Origin: Phycisphaerae bacterium
GTDB lineage: Bacteria; Planctomycetota; Phycisphaerae; UBA1845
Reading direction: 5' to 3'
DNA: 34,464 nucleotides
Assembly (NCBI GenBank): GCA_050050135.1
Contig: JASFUW010000003.1
Span: 1-34,464 of the forward strand
Positions 1-9,201 of this stretch are shown here, piece by piece. The position numbers and the translations under genes are program-made. The notes under the pieces were generated by a model. That model ran no database searches. It was not told the DNA's origin and saw only the letters and a program-made list of their open reading frames with translations. Positions within the stretch are counted from its first letter, which is position 1. Each line of letters starts with the position of its first letter.

Positions 1-1422
1 ATGCCAACTCGACCCGCCGAGCTCACAGTGGAGTTTTGTGCGATCCTCGCAGCGTCCATCGCCCAGACAGCACGCGGAGGTTCCGCAGGGTGGGTCGAAA
101 GGCTCGGCGTCACACGTCGCACCCTCAATCCAGCGGGGGAAGGCGCAGTTGGCTTCGGGTACGTCGCGGCAGGTGGCGTTTCCGTATTGGTCGGGGAAGT
201 ACATGTCGCAGCAGGCGCCGACCGGGGCTGCCCCCGCGCAGGTGATTGTGGATTGGACGGCGAAGTAAAACCAATCATCGGGGTATGGAGTGCTTGTCCA
301 TTTGCCGGCGTGGAACGTTCGGTAGGATTCGTCGCTGACGCCGATCGCCGGGGCTCTGTCCAGCAAGAGCACCTTGCCGTCGGGATGGTCGGTCTGAATC
401 GTCACCCACACGTCGGACGGGATGGAGATGGGCGGATCGAAATTGAACCGAGCAAGCTGGGGGTCGGGCCCGGTGGCTTGGAATGTGCGGCGTGTGCCGG
501 CGATGGCGGCGTCGGCACCTGGCAGTCGGAGGTCGAAGGTGAATGACCCGGTTCCGGAGACGCCGACCTCGTAGGCAGTCAGCTCGCACTGATCGACGAT
601 CAACTGGAGGTCATCGGCGATCAGTTCGCCCGCGCCGGGGGAGAGGTGGCCGCGTACCGGACTGAACGCGCGGTAGGGCTGAAAGGCCGCGGCACATTCA
701 CTCCGACCGTAAAGGCGTATCCAGAAACTGCCGTGGGGGCTGAACGGGAAGCGGCCGAAGGAGACGCCACAGTTGTGTCCCGGGAAATCGAACACGTCGT
801 CGGAGTAACCGGTCAGGGCCGGGGCACCTGCGTACCATCCGGCGTTGTCGCGAGAGAAGGTGAGGCTCAGCCACAAGGGATAGGCGACGGGGATGTCAAC
901 TTCCGGCGCGATCTCGACGGTGACCAGATAATCGGATTCGTCCGGGGCATCGAACCGACCGCCGGTGCCGGGGATGATTGCACCGCCAAGATCGGGACAG
1001 GCGTCGTACAAGGCGAAGTCCACGCTGAAGGGACCGGTTCCGACTCCGTTGGCACGGCCTGAGACCATGAACTCGAAACGAGCCAGGTTGCAGGTTTCGT
1101 CGGTGATGGTTGTGATGTCGTCGGAAACGCGGCGGCCGGCGCCGGGCGCGAAAATGAAGTCCCCGAGCGTATTGTCGTAAATCAGGGCTTCGGGCGGGTG
1201 CGCGGTTCTTGTCGGGGTGGGTTCGGGTAGGGATCCGACGCGCGCGGCACGATGGGATTCGATTGGTGAACCTGACGGCTCCCTTATGGTCGCGGCTCGG
1301 TCTTGATCAAGCTTCCCAGTTATCGGGCGTTCGGTTGGCCGGGTCTGGGCGTAGGCGGTCGCGGGGCGCAGGGCAGCTAGAGCAAGCAGTAGAAGCGAAT
1401 ATGCCGTTGAGCTATGGACCAT
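1..1422 (-). CDS. Secreted Cys-rich protein (signal peptide, two related tandem domains, GACC-type Cys-rich repeats); 3' end runs off the window
   Basis: Not in the ORF track because there is no stop in the window. Manual translation is open from ATG 1422 (RBS-like GAGAGGA upstream): MVHSSTAYSLLLLALAALRPATAYA|QT...LIYDNTLGDFIFAPGAGRRVSDDITT...VGACCDMYFPDQYGNATCRDVPEANC...CGTSACCLGDGRCED. Confidence 0.85.
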   Translation of the reverse strand, partial: MVHSSTAYSLLLLALAALRPATAYAQTRPTERPITGKLDQDRAATIREPSGSPIESHRAARVGSLPEPTPTRTAHPPEALIYDNTLGDFIFAPGAGRRVSDDITTITDETCNLARFEFMVSGRANGVGTGPFSVDFALYDACPDLGGAIIPGTGGRFDAPDESDYLVTVEIAPEVDIPVAYPLWLSLTFSRDNAGWYAGAPALTGYSDDVFDFPGHNCGVSFGRFPFSPHGSFWIRLYGRSECAAAFQPYRAFSPVRGHLSPGAGELIADDLQLIVDQCELTAYEVGVSGTGSFTFDLRLPGADAAIAGTRRTFQATGPDPQLARFNFDPPISIPSDVWVTIQTDHPDGKVLLLDRAPAIGVSDESYRTFHAGKWTSTPYPDDWFYFAVQSTITCAGAAPVGACCDMYFPDQYGNATCRDVPEANCAFPRWIEGATCDAEPFDPPCGTSACCLGDGRCEDRTKLHCELGGSSWH

Positions 1423-1908
1423 GGTTCCTCTCAGCCGGGCGCAGCGTCGCTGTGGGTCGCGCGGGCCCGACGGGCCCGGTCCCACCGCACGACCCCCTAC
1501 CTGGGTGTCGACGGTTCGGGCGAGGGTGCCGCAGACATTGCCAGGCCCCTACGAACGATATCCCGGGCGAGTGGTACTTTCCACGAATCCGTGTGATCCG
1601 GGGCCGAAATATGGGTCCGATGTGACGTGCGAACGCGCTCCAACAAGCGGAGTTTCGACATGGGACGGAGGGAGGACTTGGCGCGAATTAGTGAGGGGCG
1701 GCAGCCGGGCACAGAATCGGCGTTTGAGTGAAAATAGGACAACTGTGGTCGTCGCACGCTCCGCACGTACGCGGGCCCGGCGACGTAGCATAGACCGTAG
1801 CGTTCCCGATTCGGTGGACAGAACCGTTCGGGCTCCCGGCGCTGCGGCTCTTTGACACGAGTGCCCGCGAGGTGGAAAATACGAGTTCCAAGGGGTAGGA
1901 TCGACACC

Positions 1909-2316
1909 GTGAAGATCGAGATGCTCAAAGCGAAGCTGCACCAGGCACGGATTACCCATGCAGACGTCGAGTATGAGGGGAGCCTGGGGATCGACGTCGA
2001 GTTGATGGAGGCGGTCGGGCTGTGTCCGTACGAGAAGGTGCTGGTCTCGAACCTGAACAACGGGAGCCGGCTCGAGACGTATGCGATCTCGGAGCCGTTC
2101 GGTTCGCGTCGGATCGTCTTGAACGGTGCGGCGGCGCGGCTCGGCGCCGTCGGCGACCGGATCATCATCATGTCGTTTTGCTGGGTGGACGACGCGGTGG
2201 TGCGCGACGGTCGTTTTCGACCGCGGATCATTCGCCTCGATGAGCATAACGACCCGGTCCAACGGCTCAGCTCCAGGTCTTCGGACGAGGGGATTCCGTC
2301 GATGCTGGAGCGTTGA
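1909..2316 (+). CDS. panD: Aspartate 1-decarboxylase proenzyme
   Basis: MLKAKLHQARITHADVEYEG|SLGID (Gly-Ser self-cleavage site), NNGSRLETY, LNGAAAR, GDRIII. GTG start at 1909 after GGGTAGGA is preferred over 1852. Confidence 0.96.
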   Translation: MKIEMLKAKLHQARITHADVEYEGSLGIDVELMEAVGLCPYEKVLVSNLNNGSRLETYAISEPFGSRRIVLNGAAARLGAVGDRIIIMSFCWVDDAVVRDGRFRPRIIRLDEHNDPVQRLSSRSSDEGIPSMLER

Positions 2317-2359
2317 CTGCCGCCGAGGCGACGACCCGGGCGTCATCGACACCTGATTG

Positions 2360-3586
2360 CTACCGCGGTTCAAACTTCCTGCCGAGCGTTACGGCAAGGG
2401 TCGTGCGCCGGCGGTCTCGCCACAGCTCGATGTTCACCTCGGTGCCGGGCTCGGTCTGGGCGAGGAGAGACGATAACTGTTCGATGGATTCGACGCGGAC
2501 ATCGTCGACGGCGAGGATGATGTCTCCGGACTCGAGGCCGGCGCGGTCGGCGGCGGTGTTTCGGAGAATGTCGGTGACCAGCGCCCCGGTTCGTTCCTTC
2601 CAACCGAGCTGGACGGCTTCGGTGCGCCAATGGGGTGAGGCTACCGTTCCGGCGTAGATGCCGAGGAATCCCGGGCCACCGGTGATCAAATCGTCGACCA
2701 GAACGAGCGCGCGTGAAGAGGGTATGGCGAAACCGACGCCGTCGTATTCGCTCCCGCCGGTGGCCATGGCGGTGTTCACGCCGATGACCTGGCCGTTCAT
2801 GTCGATGAGCGGTCCGCCGCTGTTTCCGGTGGTTATGACCGCGTCGGTCTGCAGGAGCCCCATGTAAATGCGATCGCCGACCGCCAGGTATCCGCGATCG
2901 GTGGCGCTGATGATGCCTTTGGTGACGGTCCCTTCCAGTCCGAACGGGTTTCCGACTGCCAACACGTCGTCACCGACCTGAACGCCTGTGCTGTCCGCGA
3001 GGGTCAGGGCGTGGAGGCGCGACAGCGGGATTCGGATGACGGCCAGGTCGGTGTCATGATCCGCGCCGAGGACGTCGGCGTTGGTTTCGCGGCCGTCGGC
3101 GAGGGTGACCTTGATCTGGCGTGCGCCGTCGACGACGTGGGCGTTGGTGAGGATGTGACCGTGGTCGGCGTCGAAGATGAAACCGCTGCCGAGCCCGGTC
3201 TGGACGAACGGATTATCGCGATCGGTGCGGTCGCTGTCTGGGTCCTCTCGGGTGCCGGTCGCATCTTCGTCCTGAAGGGTGCGGTCCGGACGCGCGGCGT
3301 CCTTCGGCATGGTGCCGGTGTGGTTGGAAGCGCGGGCGATCGGAGCGGTGAACTCGGTTTCGATGCTCACGACGGCGGGCGCGGCAAGCGAGACCGCACG
3401 GCGCGTGGACATGACCGGAGCGAGTTCATCGGAGGCAGGCCTTGCGTCTTTGATGGCGCGGAGCCGACCCTTCTCCACCTCGTACGAAATGCGCTCGACC
3501 ACGCCGAATTCGAACAGACAGATGACGGTAAGGATGGTGGCCAAGAACGCGGCCGTGAACAGCTTCAAGTTCGGGCGTTTGCTCAT
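2360..3586 (-). CDS. HtrA/DegP-family serine protease with N-terminal TM anchor and one PDZ domain
   Basis: GLGSGFI, TNAHVV (His), DLAVI (Asp), GNSGGPL (Ser), C-terminal PDZ (AADRAGLESGDIILAVD). Confidence 0.95.
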   Translation of the reverse strand: MSKRPNLKLFTAAFLATILTVICLFEFGVVERISYEVEKGRLRAIKDARPASDELAPVMSTRRAVSLAAPAVVSIETEFTAPIARASNHTGTMPKDAARPDRTLQDEDATGTREDPDSDRTDRDNPFVQTGLGSGFIFDADHGHILTNAHVVDGARQIKVTLADGRETNADVLGADHDTDLAVIRIPLSRLHALTLADSTGVQVGDDVLAVGNPFGLEGTVTKGIISATDRGYLAVGDRIYMGLLQTDAVITTGNSGGPLIDMNGQVIGVNTAMATGGSEYDGVGFAIPSSRALVLVDDLITGGPGFLGIYAGTVASPHWRTEAVQLGWKERTGALVTDILRNTAADRAGLESGDIILAVDDVRVESIEQLSSLLAQTEPGTEVNIELWRDRRRTTLAVTLGRKFEPR

Positions 3587-3970
3587 CGGATGCCTCGTTT
3601 CGAGCGGGGCGTCGCCGATCGCTGTGTCCCCGGACAGCGGCGCTTCGTCCCTGCCGGAGCCTGGGGCGTCGGCAGCTCGCCGGTGCGAGCGGTCCGGTAA
3701 GGCAGAGCCACTCCTTACTCTGATTGTAGGTAAACGGGTCGGCGTTCTCCAGCGTGTCGGTGTCGAGTTATGTCAGTAGGTAACGGCGCGTCGGGATGGG
3801 TCGCGCGGCGGTGTTTCGTGGCACCCGGTTTGTGCGGGACCCGGGTCGTATGGTGTCTCGCAGGTTTTGAGACTTGGTGAGCCTCGTTACCTCTCTTGCG
3901 TGGATATCCGCGTGGGCTGAGAGCCCGCGGCTCAGGTCTGCGGGGGTCGTACGGCTCATGAAAAGCAACG

Positions 3971-4540
3971 CTAGGGACCGTATTTGGGGACGCGGAGGCG
4001 CTTGGTGGCGGATCGGACGGCCTTGCCGGCCGGGGATTCGTAACGGGTGGTCAGCTCGATCTCGGTTCCCGCGATGGCTTTGTAGGCCCAGCGCAATCCC
4101 ACGTGGTAACCCTTTCCGAGGATGCCCCGGACGGGGGTGAAGGTGTCGGTGGGATAGTGCCAGTCGCTGACGAGGGTCCGCTCGACTTGATCGTCGGACG
4201 CCCTGTCGATCCGGTACATCTCGATGTGGAACATACCGTCGCGCAATACGCCCTTCTGGGCGGCATCGAGAAGGAAGACCCTGAACTCGATGCCCTCGAA
4301 GTCGGCGTCGCCGGCGGTGTCGAGGTTGAGCCAGGGCTTTTGCTCGTACAGACAGAGCACGTGTCGGATCGGGTCGGTCGAGGGCTTGCGTTTGGCGGGG
4401 CGATCGGACGCCACGCGGGTGGGTGAAGGCGACGACTGCGGTCCGGCGCCGCGGCAGCCGGCGAGGAAAAGTGACGCCGTGATGGCACCAATGCCCGCGA
4501 AGCAGCTCAACCCTCGAATGACACGCATCGTTTTCTGCAT
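3971..4540 (-). CDS. Lipoprotein, last gene of the secretion cluster (candidate pilotin/secretin partner)
   Basis: Lipobox LFLAG|C, followed by a Pro/Ser linker and a globular domain; starts 8 nt after the secretin stop with AGGA upstream. Confidence 0.8.
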   Translation of the reverse strand: MQKTMRVIRGLSCFAGIGAITASLFLAGCRGAGPQSSPSPTRVASDRPAKRKPSTDPIRHVLCLYEQKPWLNLDTAGDADFEGIEFRVFLLDAAQKGVLRDGMFHIEMYRIDRASDDQVERTLVSDWHYPTDTFTPVRGILGKGYHVGLRWAYKAIAGTEIELTTRYESPAGKAVRSATKRLRVPKYGP

Positions 4541-4548
4541 GGATGATC

Positions 4549-7500
4549 CTAGTCTATGGGGACGGCGGCTTTCGCGTTGCCGTCGGTTTGCACGATCTTC
4601 GGGCCGTACACCGGACGGCTGGTGGTTGTGGTCGGTTTCGGTCGGGAGATGACCGGTCCGTAGCTCTTGGGTGTGGGGCCGTAGAGCCTGCGCTCCTCCC
4701 GGTCCGGCGTCGAGGTCGGGTCGATCGCGCCGGGCGCTCGGCCGTTGCGGTCAACGGGGCCCATGCCCTGCTCTTCCGCGGTGATCCGGAGCCCTTCCAT
4801 GAGCGCGCTGCTGCGGATGGAGTCGGGGAGCACGAACTTGTCGCGCTGCTCGATCGACATGTGGCGGGCGTCCTGGTCGGTGCGGAGGATGTCGACGGTC
4901 ATGACGATAAGAAGCTCTGTCTTCTGCTCCGAGATGCCGGTGGCGCGGAACAGATGCCCGATCAGCGGAATATCCCCGATCAAGGGGACCTTGTTGTGCC
5001 CCTCGGAATGACGCGAGGTGATCAGCCCGCCGATGACCACGGTCTCGCCGTCGCGAAGGGTGACGTTGGTCTGGACCTCGCTGGTGTTGAACACGGGCTG
5101 CGACACGCCCTCTGTGATCTGGAAGTTCTCTCCGCCGAAGCTGGATATTTCCTGGGACATTTCGACGGTGACGTAGCCGTCGGGGCTGATGTGGGGGGTG
5201 GCGGTGAGCACGATGCCGACGTCCTCTCGGCCGATGACGGTGTTGGTCGAACCGGACTCGGTGACCTGGGAACTTTCGACGAAGGGGATCTCGTCGGCGA
5301 TGGTGATGTTGCCCTCTTCGCCGTTGCGGACGAGGAGGATGGGTCGTGAAAGGACCTCGAGCCGACTTTCACCCTGGAGGGCGTTGACCAGGAACGAGAA
5401 ATCCTCGCCGGCGATGGAGAAGCTGAAGCCGAGGCCACTGCCGACGCCGAAGCCGGTGCCGCCGACGAAGTCGAAGTCGGCGCCTTGGACGAGACCGTTC
5501 GGCCCGACGATGGCGTTTTCGGAGAATCGGAGGTCTTGTCCGGCGAGCTCGACGCCGAGGTCGAAGTCGTCCTGAAGCCTGACCTCGGCGATGAGCACGG
5601 AGATCATGACCTGGGGCTCGGGGCGGTCGAGTTCCTGGATCATGGCCATCGTATCGAGGTAGCTTTGCCTGGAGGTTCCGATGATCAGGCTGCGGCCGCC
5701 CTGCTCTTCGCTGCCGACGGCTTCGACCGATATCTGGCGTTCCATGCGGCGGAGCCTGGCCTCCTGGTCGTCGATTTCGCCGAGGACGTCCTGCTCCTGC
5801 TGGTTGAAGCCCTGGATCGCACTGGCGATCTGATCGGGCTCCATGTACTTAGTCTGCATGACCTGGACGACGCGGTCTTCGGCTTCCTGCGAGTCGAGGT
5901 AACGGACGAGTTCCTCGACCATTCGGAGGTCGACCTCGGCGCCGGCGGCGATGAGGGTGTTGGTTCGTGTGTCGGCGGCGAAGCGGAGGTCCTGGCCTAC
6001 GCTGGAGACCTCGAACTCACCGATGGTATCGCCGAAGACGAGTTGGCTTTTTGCTTCGCCGTCGGCGGTTTCGGCCTCGAAGAGCTCGGTCAGTTGGTCG
6101 ACCATCGACTCGGAGTCGCTGTTGATGAGGGGGAAGAGTCGGATTTCCGAGCGTATGGGTCTGATGGTGTCGAAGTCTCGAATCATGGACTCCAACATGG
6201 CCATGCTGTCCACCGGAGCCATGACCATGAGGGAATTCGTTCGGGGATCTGCTTCGACGGTGATGTCCTGGCGGAGGAGCTTTCGGAGTGTCTCACTGCC
6301 GTCATCCGACTTTTCGATGAAGGAGACGATGACGGCGCGCTCATCGTCGTTGCCCGCCTCCTCGCCGACGACGGTGCGGCGGAGGAGGTCGGCGAAGTCT
6401 TCTGCAAGGGCCTGTTTGAGCTGGACGACCTTGACCATCGTTTCGACCGCGGGGGTGGCTGTGTCGAGTCGGGCGATGACCTGCTCGATGTTCTCCATCT
6501 GAGACGGCGCCGCCCAGACTACGATGGAGTTGGTTCGCTCATCGGCCTCGGTGGCGATGGCGTCGGCGCGTCCGCCTCCCGAGTCCGCTTGCGACTGGAA
6601 AACGCTTTCCAGCTTCTCGGCGACGGAGTTGGCTTTCGCCCGCTGGAGGGGGAAGATCTGGAACTGGCGGGCGATGCTGGAGGGTCTGTCGAGGAGGCTG
6701 AGCAGCTCGGTGATGGCTTCGTGATCGTCGCGGGAGGCGCTGGATACGAGACTGTTGGAGGCTTCGTCGGCGAGGATCACGATGGGTGTGCGGGTGATCT
6801 CGCTGCCCTCGTCACGGGAGTCGAAGAGCTCCTGCATGCGTTCGGCAAGCTGGACCGCAGAGGCGTACTCGAGTGGATAGACCTTGAAGATGGCGGTCAT
6901 GGGACCGACCTTGACGTCGAGGCGCTGAACGAGCCCGGCGGTGCGTTCGAGGGCGTCGCGTGAGCCGGCGACGACGAGTGCATTGCTTCTGGGGTCGGGC
7001 ATGATGGTTGGGGCGGTGAAGGACTCGGAGTCGCCCGCCATGCCCTGGAACAGCTCGTCGAGCATGTCCGCGAGGACGGCGGCGTCGGCGTATTCCAGCT
7101 TGTAGAGCGAGGTGTCCTCGATGACCGGCTGGGACTCGAGGGTGCGGACCAGCTCCTTGATCTCCTCGTAGTCCTCGATGCTGGACGCGATGATGAGGGC
7201 GTTGCTGCGGTCGTCGACGACGACGACGGGGGTGTCTTCGAGGAGTTCCTCTTCGGCGCGCAACTGGGCCTTACGTTCCCAGAGTTCTTCGATCTTCTGC
7301 TTGATGTCGTTAGCGGAGAGGCGTTCGCACCTTACGATGCGAATCTGGTCGAAGAGCTTGGCCGGTTTGGTGTCGAGCTGCCTGGCGAGTCGGAGCACGT
7401 CCTGGTGGTTCTCCTCGGAGGCCGAGAGGATGAGCGAGTTTGTGCGGAGGTCGACACTGAGGAAGATTCGCTCGCGTTCGAGGGCTGCGCGGCCGGCGTC

Positions 7501-9069
7501 GGTGGCTTCAAGGGCTTCCAAACGCTGATCAAAGAGGTCCTGGATGATCTTTGCGACCTTGCTGGCGTCGGTGAATTCGAGCTCGATGAAACGCAGGGGG
7601 AACTTCAAAGCGGTGGCCGGTCGGTCGAGCTCGGCGACGACGGTGTCGACGAGTCGCAACTGTTCCTCGCGACCGGAGACGATGAGGGTGTTGGTTCTGA
7701 TGTCGGTGGAGACGCCGATCTTGTAGGCGAAGGCCTTTCCGACCGGACCATCGGGGACGGACTCTGCGCCGCTGCCGTCGGGGTCTTCGGGGAGTTCCTT
7801 GCCCTTGTCGAACATCTCGTCGATGGTCTCACCGACGGATTCGGCGTCTGCGAATCTAAGTGCGAAGAACCTGACATGGGCGTCTTCGCCGAGGGGCACG
7901 CCGTCCATGAGGCGGATCAACTCGGTCATCGGTCCGACGTTGGCTTCGACGGTGGCGATGATGAGGCTGTTGGTGCCTTCGTCGGCGAGGATGCGGGTCG
8001 GTCGTTCGAGATCGATGGCGGGCAGGTCGATGATCTCACCGGTGGTGGGGTCTGCTTTGCTGATCTGGAGGCGGGAAATGGCCTCTTCGGCTTCTTCACG
8101 ACCGGTATCGGATTTAAGCAGTTCCTCGATGACATCGGCCATCTCGTTGGCTTTGGAGTGGAGAAGCGGGAACAAGACGAGCTTGACCTCGCCCCAACCC
8201 TTGACGGGCTCGACGTCGATTTCGTTCAGCAGGGCCTGGATCTTCTCGCGCTCGGTCTCAGGGGCAAGGACCATAATGCTGTTGTTGGCGTCGTTGGGGA
8301 TGATCTGGAACTCGCCCTTGGCGCCGGTGGCGCCCTGCTTCTCGCGGAGCTTGGTGATGATCTCGGTCAGCTCTTCGGCGACCACGGACGCCCGGCGGTT
8401 CTTGACCGGGAAGACAAGCTGCTCGGGCTCGGGCAGCTCGTCCTTCAGCTCGTCCACCCTGTGGATGACGTCGATGATGAACTCGAGTTCGTTGGGCAGG
8501 GCGGAGACGAGCAGGACGTTGGACGACAGGGCGGTGACGGAGAGTTCGAGCTCCGGTCTGCGGTTGGGCTCGAAGAAGACATCTTTGAGCGGTTGCTCGA
8601 TGGCGCGGGCGATGTCGTTGGCGTCCTTCTCGGTGACGGTGACGACGCGCAGCTCCTTCTTTTCCGTGGTCTTGTCGAGCAAGGCGACCAGCAGCTCAAC
8701 GATCTGGATGTCCTGGGGTTGACCGTAGACGATGATCTGATCACCGACGACCTCGTAGTCGAGTTCGGCGCCGGTGAACGTGATCAGCGAGGGATCGATG
8801 TTCTTGAGGGCCTCCTGAACCGTATCCACTCGGGACTCAGTGCGTGCGCGGGCGGCTTCCTCCGGCGTTACGCCCGGCGGCAACTTCTTGGGCGCGGGTT
8901 GTTTCGGTTGTGCCGCTTGCCTGCGTTTGGCCGGTTGGGTGGGCTTGTCCGGTTGCACATCCTGGGCGACCGCCGCATTCGGGAAGGCGATCAGTGCCAA
9001 CGTCAGTGCACTGCAAACCCACCACGGCCTCGCTACCCGCCGCTGTCGACACCATTCATTTGTCCGCAT
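4549..9069 (-). CDS. gspD: Long GspD-family secretin (~1506 aa): signal peptide, half repeat plus ~12 NolW-like N-repeats, C-terminal secretin domain
   Basis: Start ATG 9069 after AGAGGA; signal peptide ...LALIAFPNAAVA|QD. Repeats follow L-x-Y/F-A-D-A...D-x-R-T-N-S-L-I-V...L-D. Secretin core motifs PQVMISVLIAEV, VLSRP, DVGIVLTATPHI, DGETVVIGGLI, KVPLIGDIPLIGHLFR, TELLIVMT (~4885-5620). Confidence 0.93.
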   Translation of the reverse strand: MRTNEWCRQRRVARPWWVCSALTLALIAFPNAAVAQDVQPDKPTQPAKRRQAAQPKQPAPKKLPPGVTPEEAARARTESRVDTVQEALKNIDPSLITFTGAELDYEVVGDQIIVYGQPQDIQIVELLVALLDKTTEKKELRVVTVTEKDANDIARAIEQPLKDVFFEPNRRPELELSVTALSSNVLLVSALPNELEFIIDVIHRVDELKDELPEPEQLVFPVKNRRASVVAEELTEIITKLREKQGATGAKGEFQIIPNDANNSIMVLAPETEREKIQALLNEIDVEPVKGWGEVKLVLFPLLHSKANEMADVIEELLKSDTGREEAEEAISRLQISKADPTTGEIIDLPAIDLERPTRILADEGTNSLIIATVEANVGPMTELIRLMDGVPLGEDAHVRFFALRFADAESVGETIDEMFDKGKELPEDPDGSGAESVPDGPVGKAFAYKIGVSTDIRTNTLIVSGREEQLRLVDTVVAELDRPATALKFPLRFIELEFTDASKVAKIIQDLFDQRLEALEATDAGRAALERERIFLSVDLRTNSLILSASEENHQDVLRLARQLDTKPAKLFDQIRIVRCERLSANDIKQKIEELWERKAQLRAEEELLEDTPVVVVDDRSNALIIASSIEDYEEIKELVRTLESQPVIEDTSLYKLEYADAAVLADMLDELFQGMAGDSESFTAPTIMPDPRSNALVVAGSRDALERTAGLVQRLDVKVGPMTAIFKVYPLEYASAVQLAERMQELFDSRDEGSEITRTPIVILADEASNSLVSSASRDDHEAITELLSLLDRPSSIARQFQIFPLQRAKANSVAEKLESVFQSQADSGGGRADAIATEADERTNSIVVWAAPSQMENIEQVIARLDTATPAVETMVKVVQLKQALAEDFADLLRRTVVGEEAGNDDERAVIVSFIEKSDDGSETLRKLLRQDITVEADPRTNSLMVMAPVDSMAMLESMIRDFDTIRPIRSEIRLFPLINSDSESMVDQLTELFEAETADGEAKSQLVFGDTIGEFEVSSVGQDLRFAADTRTNTLIAAGAEVDLRMVEELVRYLDSQEAEDRVVQVMQTKYMEPDQIASAIQGFNQQEQDVLGEIDDQEARLRRMERQISVEAVGSEEQGGRSLIIGTSRQSYLDTMAMIQELDRPEPQVMISVLIAEVRLQDDFDLGVELAGQDLRFSENAIVGPNGLVQGADFDFVGGTGFGVGSGLGFSFSIAGEDFSFLVNALQGESRLEVLSRPILLVRNGEEGNITIADEIPFVESSQVTESGSTNTVIGREDVGIVLTATPHISPDGYVTVEMSQEISSFGGENFQITEGVSQPVFNTSEVQTNVTLRDGETVVIGGLITSRHSEGHNKVPLIGDIPLIGHLFRATGISEQKTELLIVMTVDILRTDQDARHMSIEQRDKFVLPDSIRSSALMEGLRITAEEQGMGPVDRNGRAPGAIDPTSTPDREERRLYGPTPKSYGPVISRPKPTTTTSRPVYGPKIVQTDGNAKAAVPID

Positions 9070-9087
9070 GATGGTTTCCTCTGTAAA

Positions 9088-9119
9088 GCCGGGTCTTCCA
9101 TACCGGCCGGGTCTTTCCA
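9088..9119. repeat. Imperfect tandem direct repeat upstream of the secretin RBS
   Basis: GCCGGGTCTTCCA (9088-9100) and GCCGGGTCTTTCCA (9106-9119). Confidence 0.6.
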
Positions 9120-9201
9120 CTCGCGTTCCTTTCGGCTGCCTTCCCCTTGGCGGTACGTTCACGCGTCCCGGATTCACGAATGCCGGGCTTGCCCACGTTT
9201 G

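Noticed and set aside
1-1062. Plus-strand ORFs 1-546 and 646-1062
   Set aside because: Antisense to the signal-peptide-bearing minus-strand gene starting at 1422
9010-9069. Tat signal in the secretin (RQRRVAR)
   Set aside because: Lacks the S/T-R-R-x-F-L consensus; Sec export is more likely
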